Part shown: positions 9,928 through 21,635 of the stretch, one piece after another
Layout: every line of letters starts with the position of its first letter
Numbering within the stretch: position 1 is the stretch's first letter
Source of the DNA: Myxococcota bacterium
GTDB lineage: Bacteria; Myxococcota_A; Polyangia; Polyangiales; Houyiibacteriaceae
Reading direction: 5' to 3'
Assembly: GCA_039030515.1 (NCBI GenBank)
Contig: JBCCEA010000003.1
Span: 64,001-128,000 of the forward strand
DNA length: 64,000 nt
Made by a program: the position numbers and the translations under genes
Notes under the pieces: generated by a model
Told to the model about the DNA's origin: nothing
The model's database searches: none
The model's input: the letters and a program-made list of their open reading frames with translations, nothing else

Positions 9928-11201
9928 TTCTCGAGTTGGACTGCCGTAGAGGATTCTGCGTCGCGGCCGGTGGTTTCGGCCACGCGAAGCTGCATACCTT
10001 GAACAGGGGTCGCGATCCGGCTTGTAACGACCAGCTCACGCCCGGAAAGCCCTTCGTGCACGAGCACTGTTTCGGGAAGTCTCCACGCCAGACGCACGCT
10101 CCGCACATCAAGCCTCCGATCGTCTCCCACTACGTACACTTTTGAGCCTTCGCGGAGGGCCATCCGAGGGATCTCCACCGCGTCTTGGAACGGCGCGATG
10201 GCGATCGATACGTCGACGTAGGAGCCGATAAGCAAGGGAATCGCTGATCGATCGCGTGCGTCTCCCTGGGCAAGCCCAAGGGGATCCTCGATCTCGACCA
10301 AGAGGCGTGCCATGCGACCTACGGCATCGAGATCGGGCAGCAGGCGAATGACCCTACCAAGATGTGTTCGCGTGTCGCTGCCGAGCGACTGATCGATCGT
10401 CGCTTCGGCACCCGGCTCGGTTCGCGTTGGAAGGTTCACGTAAGGTAGCTGATCTGCCGGAACGGCTACTTGGACCCAATAGGCATCGGTTCCTATGAGG
10501 GTAGCGATCGGATTCTGACCGCTCACTACCTGACCGAGCTCTACCTGCTCCGAAACTACGGTTGCGTTGAACGGGGCCCGAATTGTGGTGCGGCTGAGGT
10601 CCAAACGGGCTCGCGCTAGGTCGCTTTCGGCCGCCTGGATGGCGACCTCTGCGGTGTCGAGTTGGGGACCGCGAAGGGCCAAACGTCTTGCGTCTTCACC
10701 GAGTTCCGTTTCGCGCTCTCCGCGAAACACGTCCCACTCATGCTCGGCCACCACGCGCCGGCCCCGTTCGAGTTCGAGTTCAAGTTCGGCCTGTTTCAGA
10801 CTTGCAACCCGAGCGTCGACCGAGAGCTGATAGTCCGAAGGATCGATGCGTGCGATCGGATCCCCTTTCTCAAAGACGCCTCCACGTTCGAGTTCGTCGC
10901 TGATCCAAACAACTCGTCCCGAGACTTGGGCGATCAGATCGACCTCCTGCGCGGCCGTTACCGTACCTTGCCCTTGCACGCTAAGCTTTGGAGTGTCCGA
11001 GGTTGCGCGGGTAGTCCGCACCAAGAGACCTTGTGCTTTTCGGTCGTTGCGTTCCGCTTGAGGTTTCGTTGCGATCATCGAGGCGAGCGCTAGTCCACCG
11101 GAGCTTACGATGAGCCAGGGAACAAGAACCCGAAATGCTGTGCGTAGCCTGGTGCTCACGACGCCACCCGATCGCTCTTGGCTCCTAGACCTTCGGTCCA
11201 C
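9924..11201 (-). CDS. RND periplasmic adaptor (membrane fusion protein)
   Basis: N-terminal TM, AQVSGRVV, coiled hairpin, LSRTTIRAPFNA; lies between OMF and RND genes. True start may be GTG near 11159. Confidence 0.92.
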   Translation of the reverse strand: MDRRSRSQERSGGVVSTRLRTAFRVLVPWLIVSSGGLALASMIATKPQAERNDRKAQGLLVRTTRATSDTPKLSVQGQGTVTAAQEVDLIAQVSGRVVWISDELERGGVFEKGDPIARIDPSDYQLSVDARVASLKQAELELELERGRRVVAEHEWDVFRGERETELGEDARRLALRGPQLDTAEVAIQAAESDLARARLDLSRTTIRAPFNATVVSEQVELGQVVSGQNPIATLIGTDAYWVQVAVPADQLPYVNLPTRTEPGAEATIDQSLGSDTRTHLGRVIRLLPDLDAVGRMARLLVEIEDPLGLAQGDARDRSAIPLLIGSYVDVSIAIAPFQDAVEIPRMALREGSKVYVVGDDRRLDVRSVRLAWRLPETVLVHEGLSGRELVVTSRIATPVQGMQLRVAETTGRDAESSTAVQLEK

Positions 11202-12655
11202 GAGCCTCCAAGGGCGCGCTGAAGCTGGATTCGATAGGAAATGAGCAGGCGGTGTGAACTGAGGAGCTCGAGTTCGGTATTGAGGGAGGATACAAGGGCG
11301 TTGAGCACCGGTAAGAAGTCAGAGAGTCCCTGCTGGTACCGTTGGCGGGAGGCTTCGACGTTGAGGGTGGCTACTTCGAGCTGTTGCTGTAGAAGCGATC
11401 GGCGTGTCGCTTCCGCACGCTCTTGAACGATCGCATTTTCAACCTCCATGATGGCGTTGAGAATGGTTAAGTCGTAGTTGGCGACCGCCTCGGCAAGCGC
11501 ACCTCTGGCTTCGTCGGTACTGGCAAGAAGGTTGCCGCCATCGAAGAGCGGCACCGAAAGTGTCGCTCCGGCATTCCATACCCAGCCGTTGTTGCTCGTC
11601 TCGAACGGTTGACTTGCTGCAGTGTCCGCAACTCCATCCCCATCGCTATCGACCTGTTGACTCAGCTCGCCTTCGACCCGGAGCCAGTCCTGACCGACCG
11701 AACCGTTCAAAGTCAGCGAAGGAAACCGCGAGGCCAAAGCCACGCCGACCGAGTAGTCCGCCTGCTTCACCCTGAGCTGAGCGGCGCGAACGTCGGGTCG
11801 ATCTCGCAATAAGTTCGTCGGCACACCGATGTCCGCACTCGGCTCGAATTCGGGTAGTGGAGGCAGTGCACCCGCAGATCGCGTTTCGGGTAGGTCTCCG
11901 GGAGCCGAGCCGAGAAGGACGGCTAGCTGATGCTGCGTCACTCGCTCGAGCGCCTTGACCTGCTGCAGACTTGCCTGCGTAGCGAGTACGAGTTCGTGCT
12001 GCTGATGCACATCGACTGCGGACGACAGGCCTTGTGCGAAACGCAAACGGAGAAGGTTTAGGACGCTTTCATTTCTCTCCGTTTGCGATTCGAGAATGGC
12101 ACGACGAGAACGTGCCTCAATGACGTCGTACCAGCCTTCGGCCACGCTGGCGGAAAGTGAAAGCGCGGCCGTCTCCGTGTCGGCTCTCGCCGCAAAAAGA
12201 CCCAAACGCGCCGCGTCGTAGTTGGCGTCGATGCGTCCGAAGAGGTCGATTTCGTAGGAAACTGGAATCGATGCCGATGCGGTGTAGGCGTCGGAGGTGC
12301 CGAGTGCCCCGCTGAGACTGCGGCTGTATCCTAAATCTCCCTGAGCGTTTATCTGGGGAAAGTAGGCAGAGCGAGCTTGCCGGCGAACGGCGTCTGCCTG
12401 TCGAATACGAGCAAACGAGGAACGAATGTCCGGACTGGAAGCGATGGCGCGCTCCACAAGGGCGTTGAGAACGGGATCTCCGAAGGTTTCCCACCAAGGC
12501 GTCTGGCGTGCTGCGGTGCTGCTCGTCGTTTCTGCCGGGGCAGAATCATAGTGGTCCTCGATCACCAAGGTGGGTTCGGGCTTCTGGGTTGTTCGGTACG
12601 GCAAGCAGCCAAAAAATAGTGACGCGGCGGTAGCGTAGTGCAGATATCTATTCAT
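11156..12655 (-). CDS. Outer-membrane efflux factor lipoprotein (TolC/OprM family)
   Basis: Lipobox FFGC, WWETFGDPVLNALVERA, SYEIDLFGR, LLRDRPDVRAA, QRALGGSW. Confidence 0.93.
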   Translation of the reverse strand: MNRYLHYATAASLFFGCLPYRTTQKPEPTLVIEDHYDSAPAETTSSTAARQTPWWETFGDPVLNALVERAIASSPDIRSSFARIRQADAVRRQARSAYFPQINAQGDLGYSRSLSGALGTSDAYTASASIPVSYEIDLFGRIDANYDAARLGLFAARADTETAALSLSASVAEGWYDVIEARSRRAILESQTERNESVLNLLRLRFAQGLSSAVDVHQQHELVLATQASLQQVKALERVTQHQLAVLLGSAPGDLPETRSAGALPPLPEFEPSADIGVPTNLLRDRPDVRAAQLRVKQADYSVGVALASRFPSLTLNGSVGQDWLRVEGELSQQVDSDGDGVADTAASQPFETSNNGWVWNAGATLSVPLFDGGNLLASTDEARGALAEAVANYDLTILNAIMEVENAIVQERAEATRRSLLQQQLEVATLNVEASRQRYQQGLSDFLPVLNALVSSLNTELELLSSHRLLISYRIQLQRALGGSWTEGLGAKSDRVAS

Positions 12656-12776
12656 AGGACGTCTCTCTGGTCCGTCGTTGCAACTGAGCCTCTAGAGCGC
12701 AATCGGTGTGGGTCAAGCGGCTACCCCCATCCCCCGAAACAAGCTCGCAGTGCGATCTATTTCGGTTGTGTGTGTG

Positions 12777-12793
12777 TGGACGTACCTCGTTCA
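12777..12793. promoter_or_regulatory. Imperfect palindrome TGGACG-N5-CGTTCA upstream of the efflux operon (possible repressor operator)
   Basis: 5/6 dyad symmetry about 120 bp upstream of the OMF start, next to an A/T tract. Confidence 0.35.
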
Positions 12794-13080
12794 ATTTTTG
12801 CCCAGATTTCCGTTCTATCAGCGTCCCTACACCTGGCTGCACGACAACGGCCGGTGTGAGGCGTTGGAACCTATCGGACGCATGATCGAACGCAACCGGG
12901 TCGCACTGAAGTCGCTCAGCGTTGCCGCTCAGGCTACGGTGGGTGGGACACATGACGCATTCGAGGTGTGCTTTTGTCGCTTCAAGCGTTGGGCTGTGGG
13001 TGCGCGGCGCAAATCACGGGGTGTTTCGAGATGGATCGAAATTTGCGTAACCTCGGGCGAGCGAGATTAGAGGTTGTGGC

Positions 13081-13653
13081 TTGACGGAAGCGGACTCCTA
13101 CCAGGCATTTCGTGTTGCACGTTTGGTGTTGCGCTTAAGCGACTGGGCACTCCTGCGTCGAAGCGACCTCAGCGGCTGTGTTCTCCTGGACGAGAGCCTT
13201 CGCATTTGCCTGCTGGGATTCCAGGATCTTTGGGAATGCTGGACGGTGCTTGAAATGGCGGGGTGGAGGCACTTTCCCGACGAGAGACTCGTGATACCCG
13301 GAACCGGGACTGTGCCACCGAGTCCGAATGCGGAGTTTGTCCTGGACGCTATCGAACCCTCCGTTCGACGGGTCTACGATCTCCTCGCAGGAGACCCTTG
13401 GGAACTGGTGCTGCCGAGATTGGCAGAACAAGCCTTTCACGCAGGTGAAGGCACGACGGAGGTCTTTCAGCGTTTGTCTATAGCGGTCGAGTCTCAGTCT
13501 TCTCACCACGGACGGGTTGAAGTTCTCCGTGAGTGGGACCGTCTGGTCTACGCCGCACACGCTATGGGATGTCCCGCTACGGTCGATGGTCTGCTACATT
13601 CGTCGATCGGGCGTCTTTTGTCGGTGGCGCTAAATACTCGTTGCGTTGCTTAG
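13081..13653 (+). CDS. Hypothetical protein
   Basis: 190-aa ORF with protein-like composition, TTG start, no recognised motif. Confidence 0.4.
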   Translation: MTEADSYQAFRVARLVLRLSDWALLRRSDLSGCVLLDESLRICLLGFQDLWECWTVLEMAGWRHFPDERLVIPGTGTVPPSPNAEFVLDAIEPSVRRVYDLLAGDPWELVLPRLAEQAFHAGEGTTEVFQRLSIAVESQSSHHGRVEVLREWDRLVYAAHAMGCPATVDGLLHSSIGRLLSVALNTRCVA

Positions 13654-13708
13654 GCAGTTTCTCAGTGATCGCCCGTAGCCGTGAGCACTAAGGTGATGCG
13701 TGTGGGCT

Positions 13709-13737
13709 GCTATCGATCGCGCCCTTAGATCGATAGC
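13709..13737. terminator. 10-bp perfect hairpin directly 3' of tRNA-Val
   Basis: GCTATCGATC-N9-GATCGATAGC; no U-tract, so terminator role uncertain. Confidence 0.45.
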
Positions 13738-13743
13738 TGGTAG

Positions 13744-13815
13744 TGGGCGGGACAGGGGTCGAACCTGCGACGTTCGGCTTGTAAGGCCGACGCTCTACCA
13801 CTGAGCTACCCGCCC
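13744..13815 (-). tRNA. tRNA-Val(TAC), CCA not directly encoded
   Basis: GGGCGGGTAGCTCAGTGGTAGAGCGTCGGCCTTACAAGCCGAACGTCGCAGGTTCGACCCCTGTCCCGCCCA, followed by CTACCA. Confidence 0.96.
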
Positions 13816-13907
13816 AAATATCTCGCGTGACGTACGGAAATCTCCTCTAAGTCATTAATGCATGCTTGTCGAGCTTGATCGAGAACGGGCCTATTGCTGA
13901 AGCGCTC

Positions 13908-16412
<2,505 letters not shown>

Positions 16413-16452
16413 GTGCGCCTTTAGGCCGGTCCCCCGTCACGAAACGGCGGAC

Positions 16453-17706
16453 TTAGGCCAGCTCTGCCTCTTTCTCGTACACGATAAGGGGCTTTTCGCC
16501 CTTGGCGATCAGATCTTCGTTGACCACCACCTCTTTGATACCGCTTGATGAGGGTATCTCATACATGATGTCGAGCATGGCGTGTTCCATGATCGCTCGT
16601 AAACCCCTTGCTCCAGCATTACGCTTAAGCGCCTCACGAGCTACCTCGTGGAGCGCTCCTTTGGTGAAGGTGAGCTTCACCCCGTCCATCTCGAAGAGCT
16701 TACCATACTGCTTGACCAGGGCGTTTTTCGGTTGCGTCAGAATGTCGACCAGCGCGTCGGCGTTAAGTTCATGCAAGGTCGCGATTACGGGAAGGCGCCC
16801 GATGAATTCGGGAATGAGCCCAGCCCGGAGAAGATCCTCTGGCTGCACCTGAACCAGTAACTCTCCTACTCTCTTGTCTCGTCGTGAAGGTATGTCGGCA
16901 CCGAATCCGAGCGTTTTTTCTCCGATGCGTCGCTCGATAATGGAATCTAAACCAACGAAGGCTCCCCCGCAGATGAAGAGAATATTCGAGGTGTCTACCT
17001 GAAGAAAATCCTGTTGCGGATGCTTCCTGCCTCCTTTTGGAGGTACATTGGCGACCGTACCCTCGATAATCTTCAACAGTGCCTGTTGAACTCCTTCGCC
17101 ACTAACGTCTCTAGTGATCGAGGGATTGTCGCCTTTCCTGGCAACTTTATCGATCTCATCGATGTAAACGATTCCGCGCTGAGCCCGCTCGACATCGTGA
17201 TCGGCATTTTGCAACAGCTGCACGATGATATTTTCTACGTCCTCGCCAACGTAACCGGCTTCGGTAAGGGTTGTGGCGTCAGCGATCGCGAACGGTACAT
17301 TGAGAATCTTTGCCAAGGTCTGGGCAAGCAAAGTCTTGCCTGAGCCGGTAGGGCCGAGCAGCAGAATGTTCGATTTCTGCAACTCCACCTCTTCACTGGA
17401 AACCTTGGAGTCGATACGCTTGTAATGGTTGTGCACCGCGACCGAGAGGATCTTCTTTGCTCGGTCCTGGCCGATGACATACTCGTCGAGAATCGTTTTG
17501 ATCTCAGCCGGCTTGGGTAGTGGTGTTCCGGTAGATAGAGAGTCTTCTCTATCGACTTCCTCTGCGATGATGTCATTGCAGAGCCCGATGCACTCGTCAC
17601 AAATATATACGGTGGGTCCAGCTATAAGCTTTTTGACCTCTTTCTGCGATTTTCCGCAAAAAGAACATTGAAGATTACCGTGACCCTCGTCTCGCCTTCG
17701 ATCCAC
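16453..17706 (-). CDS. clpX: ClpX ATPase
   Basis: CSFCGK zinc finger, [34 protein letters not shown] loop. Confidence 0.98.
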   Translation of the reverse strand: MDRRRDEGHGNLQCSFCGKSQKEVKKLIAGPTVYICDECIGLCNDIIAEEVDREDSLSTGTPLPKPAEIKTILDEYVIGQDRAKKILSVAVHNHYKRIDSKVSSEEVELQKSNILLLGPTGSGKTLLAQTLAKILNVPFAIADATTLTEAGYVGEDVENIIVQLLQNADHDVERAQRGIVYIDEIDKVARKGDNPSITRDVSGEGVQQALLKIIEGTVANVPPKGGRKHPQQDFLQVDTSNILFICGGAFVGLDSIIERRIGEKTLGFGADIPSRRDKRVGELLVQVQPEDLLRAGLIPEFIGRLPVIATLHELNADALVDILTQPKNALVKQYGKLFEMDGVKLTFTKGALHEVAREALKRNAGARGLRAIMEHAMLDIMYEIPSSSGIKEVVVNEDLIAKGEKPLIVYEKEAELA

Positions 17707-17892
17707 TCCCGACCTGCCTCAAAATTTTCTCAGGGTTGACCCGATGGACGCTTGCACCGCCAACAAAACTTCCTCCCTGAGTGTAGCGTCGGCTCGATTT
17801 TGTGGCAAGGCAGCGTCCAGATTCTGATGCCTTGAAATCGCCCGGAATAACATAGGTTTAGCGGGAGAATGCTCTCGGAGCTGTGCGGTCAA

Positions 17893-18543
17893 TCAGGGAT
17901 TTCCCGTAGTTGGAGGGTTTGCATCGGAACCACGGAGAGAGACGACATCGTCGATGATTCCGTAATCTGCAGCTTCTTGAGCATCCAGAAAGCGATCTCG
18001 CTCCGTATCCGCTTTGATTTTTTCTACCGGCTGACCAGTGTGGGTGGAGAGAATTACGTTCATTTGCTCGCGAACCTTACGCATTTCGCGGGCGTGGATC
18101 TCGATGTCCGTGGCCTGACCTCGGATGCCTCCCAAAGGCTGATGAATCATAATCCTGCTGTTGGGAAGTCCACGCCTCATACCTTTGGTTCCGGCAGCCA
18201 GTAGCCAAGCCGCCATCGAAGCAGCTTGGCCCAAGCACACCGTGGCTACCGGACAGCGGACGTACTGCATGGTGTCGTAAATCGCTAGCCCGGCAGTGAT
18301 CACGCCACCAGGGCTGTTGATGTACAACGTGATCTCCTTGTCCGGATCATCGCTTTCAAGAAAGAGTATTTGAGCGATAATTCCGTTGGCGACGCTGTCG
18401 TTTACCTCGGTTCCGAGAAAGACGATGCGATCCTTCAGAAGTCGGCTAAAAATATCCCACGTACGTTCACCTCGATGGGTGGTCTCCACGATGGTGGGAT
18501 ACGGTATCGACGCCCGAGGTGATGGAAATGGGTCGTGTATCAT
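17893..18543 (-). CDS. clpP: ClpP protease subunit
   Basis: [38 protein letters not shown] overlap with the tig stop. Confidence 0.98.
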   Translation of the reverse strand: MIHDPFPSPRASIPYPTIVETTHRGERTWDIFSRLLKDRIVFLGTEVNDSVANGIIAQILFLESDDPDKEITLYINSPGGVITAGLAIYDTMQYVRCPVATVCLGQAASMAAWLLAAGTKGMRRGLPNSRIMIHQPLGGIRGQATDIEIHAREMRKVREQMNVILSTHTGQPVEKIKADTERDRFLDAQEAADYGIIDDVVSLRGSDANPPTTGNP

Positions 18544-19922
18544 CCGCTCTCCGATCCGGTTTCATCGCAACTGGGCTCCCCAATCTGATCTCCTGCCGCC
18601 TGATCTTCTGCTGCGTAGGAGGATGCCCCTGAATCACTCTCTTCGGCGGCCGTCTCTTTGATATGCGCTTTTGAGATCAGAAAGTCTATCAGCTTCTCTT
18701 CGAGGACGATGGCTTCTAAATCTTCGCGCCTTGTTCCACTCCACTCTGCGCGTACTTTCGCTATGTGTTTCCCGCTCTCTTCCGACATTTTCTTGAATTT
18801 GGCTTCGAGCTCCTCGTCCGTAACGACGATCTCTGTCTGCTTTGCAAGACTGCCCAGCAGAAGCGCAGCGTGAACCTGCCGCTCTGCCCTCTCGTTAATT
18901 GAGTCTGAGACCTCCTGACTGACGGGGGCATCGGGCGTCATGCCCATCATTTGCGAGAACCTCAGGTATTCTTCCCGCCCTCTTCTCCGCTGGCTCTCGA
19001 CTAACGATGGGGGCAGCTCAATCTTATTCGCTTCGATCAGTGCGTCGACTATCCGGGTTCGAAGCTGGCTCTTGGCGTTTTTCTCGCCGGCCTCTTCGAG
19101 TTTACGATGCTGGTCGCGTCGCAGGTCCACCAGCGTCTCATACTCCCCGCAATCCTTGGCGAACTCGTCGTCGAGCTTCGGCAGGACCTTCTCCTGCAGC
19201 TCTCGTACTTGCACGATGAAGTTTGCGGTCTTGCTCCGGAGTGTGTCGCTCGGATGATCGTCTCCAAAGCTGATCTCAAAGGACTTCTCCTCGTCAGGTA
19301 ACGCACCGACCAGTCCTTCCTTCACCTGCTGAACCAATTCATCTGAGCCTACCTCAACGACGCGCCCTGTGGCTCCAAGCTCCTCGAGCATCTCACCGTC
19401 GACCATCACCTGATAGTCGATGGTCAGCTGGTCTCCGGCGAGGGAGGGTCGCATAGGATCGGGCTCACGAAATTCGGCATGCCGTTCACGCAGCTGCTCG
19501 ATCTGCTGACTGACCTCTTCGTCGGTCACCGTCACAGTCGTGCGGGTGACGTCTAGGTTCTCGAAGCTCAAATGCTCGACGGTAGGCCGCACCTCGCACT
19601 TGGCGACGAAGCGCAAAGGCTCCCCATCCTCTATGGAGGGAGGCAAGATGGTGGGTTGGGCCACGATATCGATCTCATGTTGCACGATCGCCTGGGAGAG
19701 CCCCTCCTCTACGAGCTGCGCAGACACCTCGATGTGAACTTGCCTTCCAAAGAGGCGTCGAACCACCTGCTCGGGCACTTTGCCGGGTCGGAATCCCTTG
19801 ACTCGTGCCGTTCGGGCGATTTGTTTGTAGTTGCTATCTAGATCCTTGCGAACTCGCTCCCAGGGGAACTGCACCGATACTTCTACAAGAACAGGACTGA
19901 TTTCGCTTATCTGCGATTCCAT
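18540..19922 (-). CDS. tig: Trigger factor
   Basis: GFRPGKVP signature, [10 protein letters not shown]; first gene of tig-clpP-clpX-lon. Confidence 0.95.
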   Translation of the reverse strand: MESQISEISPVLVEVSVQFPWERVRKDLDSNYKQIARTARVKGFRPGKVPEQVVRRLFGRQVHIEVSAQLVEEGLSQAIVQHEIDIVAQPTILPPSIEDGEPLRFVAKCEVRPTVEHLSFENLDVTRTTVTVTDEEVSQQIEQLRERHAEFREPDPMRPSLAGDQLTIDYQVMVDGEMLEELGATGRVVEVGSDELVQQVKEGLVGALPDEEKSFEISFGDDHPSDTLRSKTANFIVQVRELQEKVLPKLDDEFAKDCGEYETLVDLRRDQHRKLEEAGEKNAKSQLRTRIVDALIEANKIELPPSLVESQRRRGREEYLRFSQMMGMTPDAPVSQEVSDSINERAERQVHAALLLGSLAKQTEIVVTDEELEAKFKKMSEESGKHIAKVRAEWSGTRREDLEAIVLEEKLIDFLISKAHIKETAAEESDSGASSYAAEDQAAGDQIGEPSCDETGSESG

Positions 19923-20202
19923 GGGCGCACTATCCTCCAGCGCCGGTTGGCCGCCAGCGCGATCGACCTCCGGCCACGAAGGACCGAACTGAATGGCCTA
20001 GCTTGACTTGGTCGACCTCTGGTTTCGGATTGACCCTGCCTCATCGGCCGAATTTATCTCGATTGGTGTACCGCTTCAGCTGGGCTTCCGCTTCCACGCT
20101 CTTCGGTGGGCGTAGTCCTGGGGCTGGTGTACGTCAAGGGGGATGGGTTTGCTGTGAGCAAGATGAGTTCCGTTTCGAGCAGGACCGTATCCTAGTCGAA
20201 CG

Positions 20203-21624
20203 CTAGGGAGGGGTAGGGCGAAACGGGGCTTGTTCGGGCAGCATGCGGGCAAACTGGTTAAATCGTCTGCGAGTGGAGTGTTGGTATGGGACGGGTACAC
20301 CCCGGGTGATCAGCAATGCGCGCCCAAATCTCGCCACCACCCGCTCGAGGCTTGCCGTAGACCCGTCGAGCTTCGCGACGTCACGGGCCCAGCGTTCGGC
20401 GCGTTTCGCAGCGCTTTCGTTGTCCCAGGTTGTGTACCAAATCACCGCGAGAGCGCCGTCAGGGCGGTAGTAGGCACGCAATCGGTCACCAGACCACCCC
20501 TTTGCTGCCTCAAGCGCGAGATCTCCCGTGCTTCCCTGTCCAAAATAGATGGCGAGCTCGAGCTCACCGAGGGTGTCCTCATCAAGCGTGACAAATCCAG
20601 CTTCCGTGAGTTCCGGAAATTCACCGAGGATCACCTCGTCCGGTAGTTCCCCTGCGAGATACTTTTCTGGATGCAGCACTTGTTCGAAGGAGCTCGGTAG
20701 GTTTCGGTGCGCCTCGTCGATAGCTCGCCATCCTCCTTGTCGATGTAGCTCCAAGCAAAAGCGGAGGCCGTAGGTATAGGCTGCCACCAGCGTGATTCTT
20801 AGGATGGCCGGAGCCTCCTCGAGTTCTGCGCCGAGATTGGAAAAAGCTGTCTCGCGAGAGAGCATGGCGTCCAAGAGCGCAGCGCTTTGAGGGAGCATGT
20901 CGATCGCACCGCCTGCCTCGGTGATCGCGTCGGCCCACATCGCTAAGGAGGCATCGCCTTCGACGAGTCCGCGGTATGCGTGCTCTGCGTCGCTATCGCG
21001 CTCGACGCGGTGGCTCTCCGCAAGGTTGAGGTGCTGGCCCTGGAGTGCATGCACGATCTCATGTAGCAGCACGCGGTTTGCCCCCGCGATGCCGAGGTCG
21101 CTATTGTTGATTCTTCGATCACGGTCGAGCAATGGCCCGCCCCTAGACAGCGCCGCCATCACGTCGTTTCGGATCACAAGGTGGTCTTGGTCTGGATCGT
21201 AGTACCCTACTACCTGTTCGCCGAGCACCCGTTCCAAAATGCTCCGAATGTCGCTATCCGGGTCCAGTAGGCCGAGCGCAGCGTAGAGGTTCCTGGTTTT
21301 GCTGAGATCCTCCTCTTCAAGTTCGGAGGTGAGATGCTCGGTGATCGCCGTCGCGTCGTGAACCTCGACCTGAATCGGGGCCTGAAATGGAAGTGCGCGA
21401 ACACGAGATGCCCGATCGAGCAAGTTTCGAATGGCCCTGCGCTCTAGGCGCGTTATCGGACGACGTCCGCTCCGTCCGGAGGCCTCTCCTCGGACCTCGG
21501 CGCTTTGCTCGACTGTATCTGCGCTACGTCCGTTGATGTGCCGGATCGAGTTTGGGATTGGCTGAGCGCGAGGCGTTTGATCGGGCGTGGTGCATGCCGA
21601 AAGCATCATCAGCAAACCGACCAC
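20203..21624 (-). CDS. Lipoprotein with HExxH zinc-peptidase-like motif
   Basis: Lipobox LSAC, VVGYYDP, LLHEIVHALQGQH, LVEGDA, PSSFEQVLHPEKY, GWSGDR. Start moved to just after the rnj stop. Confidence 0.7.
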   Translation of the reverse strand: MVGLLMMLSACTTPDQTPRAQPIPNSIRHINGRSADTVEQSAEVRGEASGRSGRRPITRLERRAIRNLLDRASRVRALPFQAPIQVEVHDATAITEHLTSELEEEDLSKTRNLYAALGLLDPDSDIRSILERVLGEQVVGYYDPDQDHLVIRNDVMAALSRGGPLLDRDRRINNSDLGIAGANRVLLHEIVHALQGQHLNLAESHRVERDSDAEHAYRGLVEGDASLAMWADAITEAGGAIDMLPQSAALLDAMLSRETAFSNLGAELEEAPAILRITLVAAYTYGLRFCLELHRQGGWRAIDEAHRNLPSSFEQVLHPEKYLAGELPDEVILGEFPELTEAGFVTLDEDTLGELELAIYFGQGSTGDLALEAAKGWSGDRLRAYYRPDGALAVIWYTTWDNESAAKRAERWARDVAKLDGSTASLERVVARFGRALLITRGVPVPYQHSTRRRFNQFARMLPEQAPFRPTPP

Positions 21625-21635
21625 CCTGAACGAAC

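Noticed and set aside
4356..13743. Intact prophage or ICE
   Set aside because: No integrase, phage or conjugation genes, and no tRNA-Val 3' duplicate seen.
19923..20202. tRNA upstream of tig
   Set aside because: No cloverleaf or T-arm consensus found by eye.
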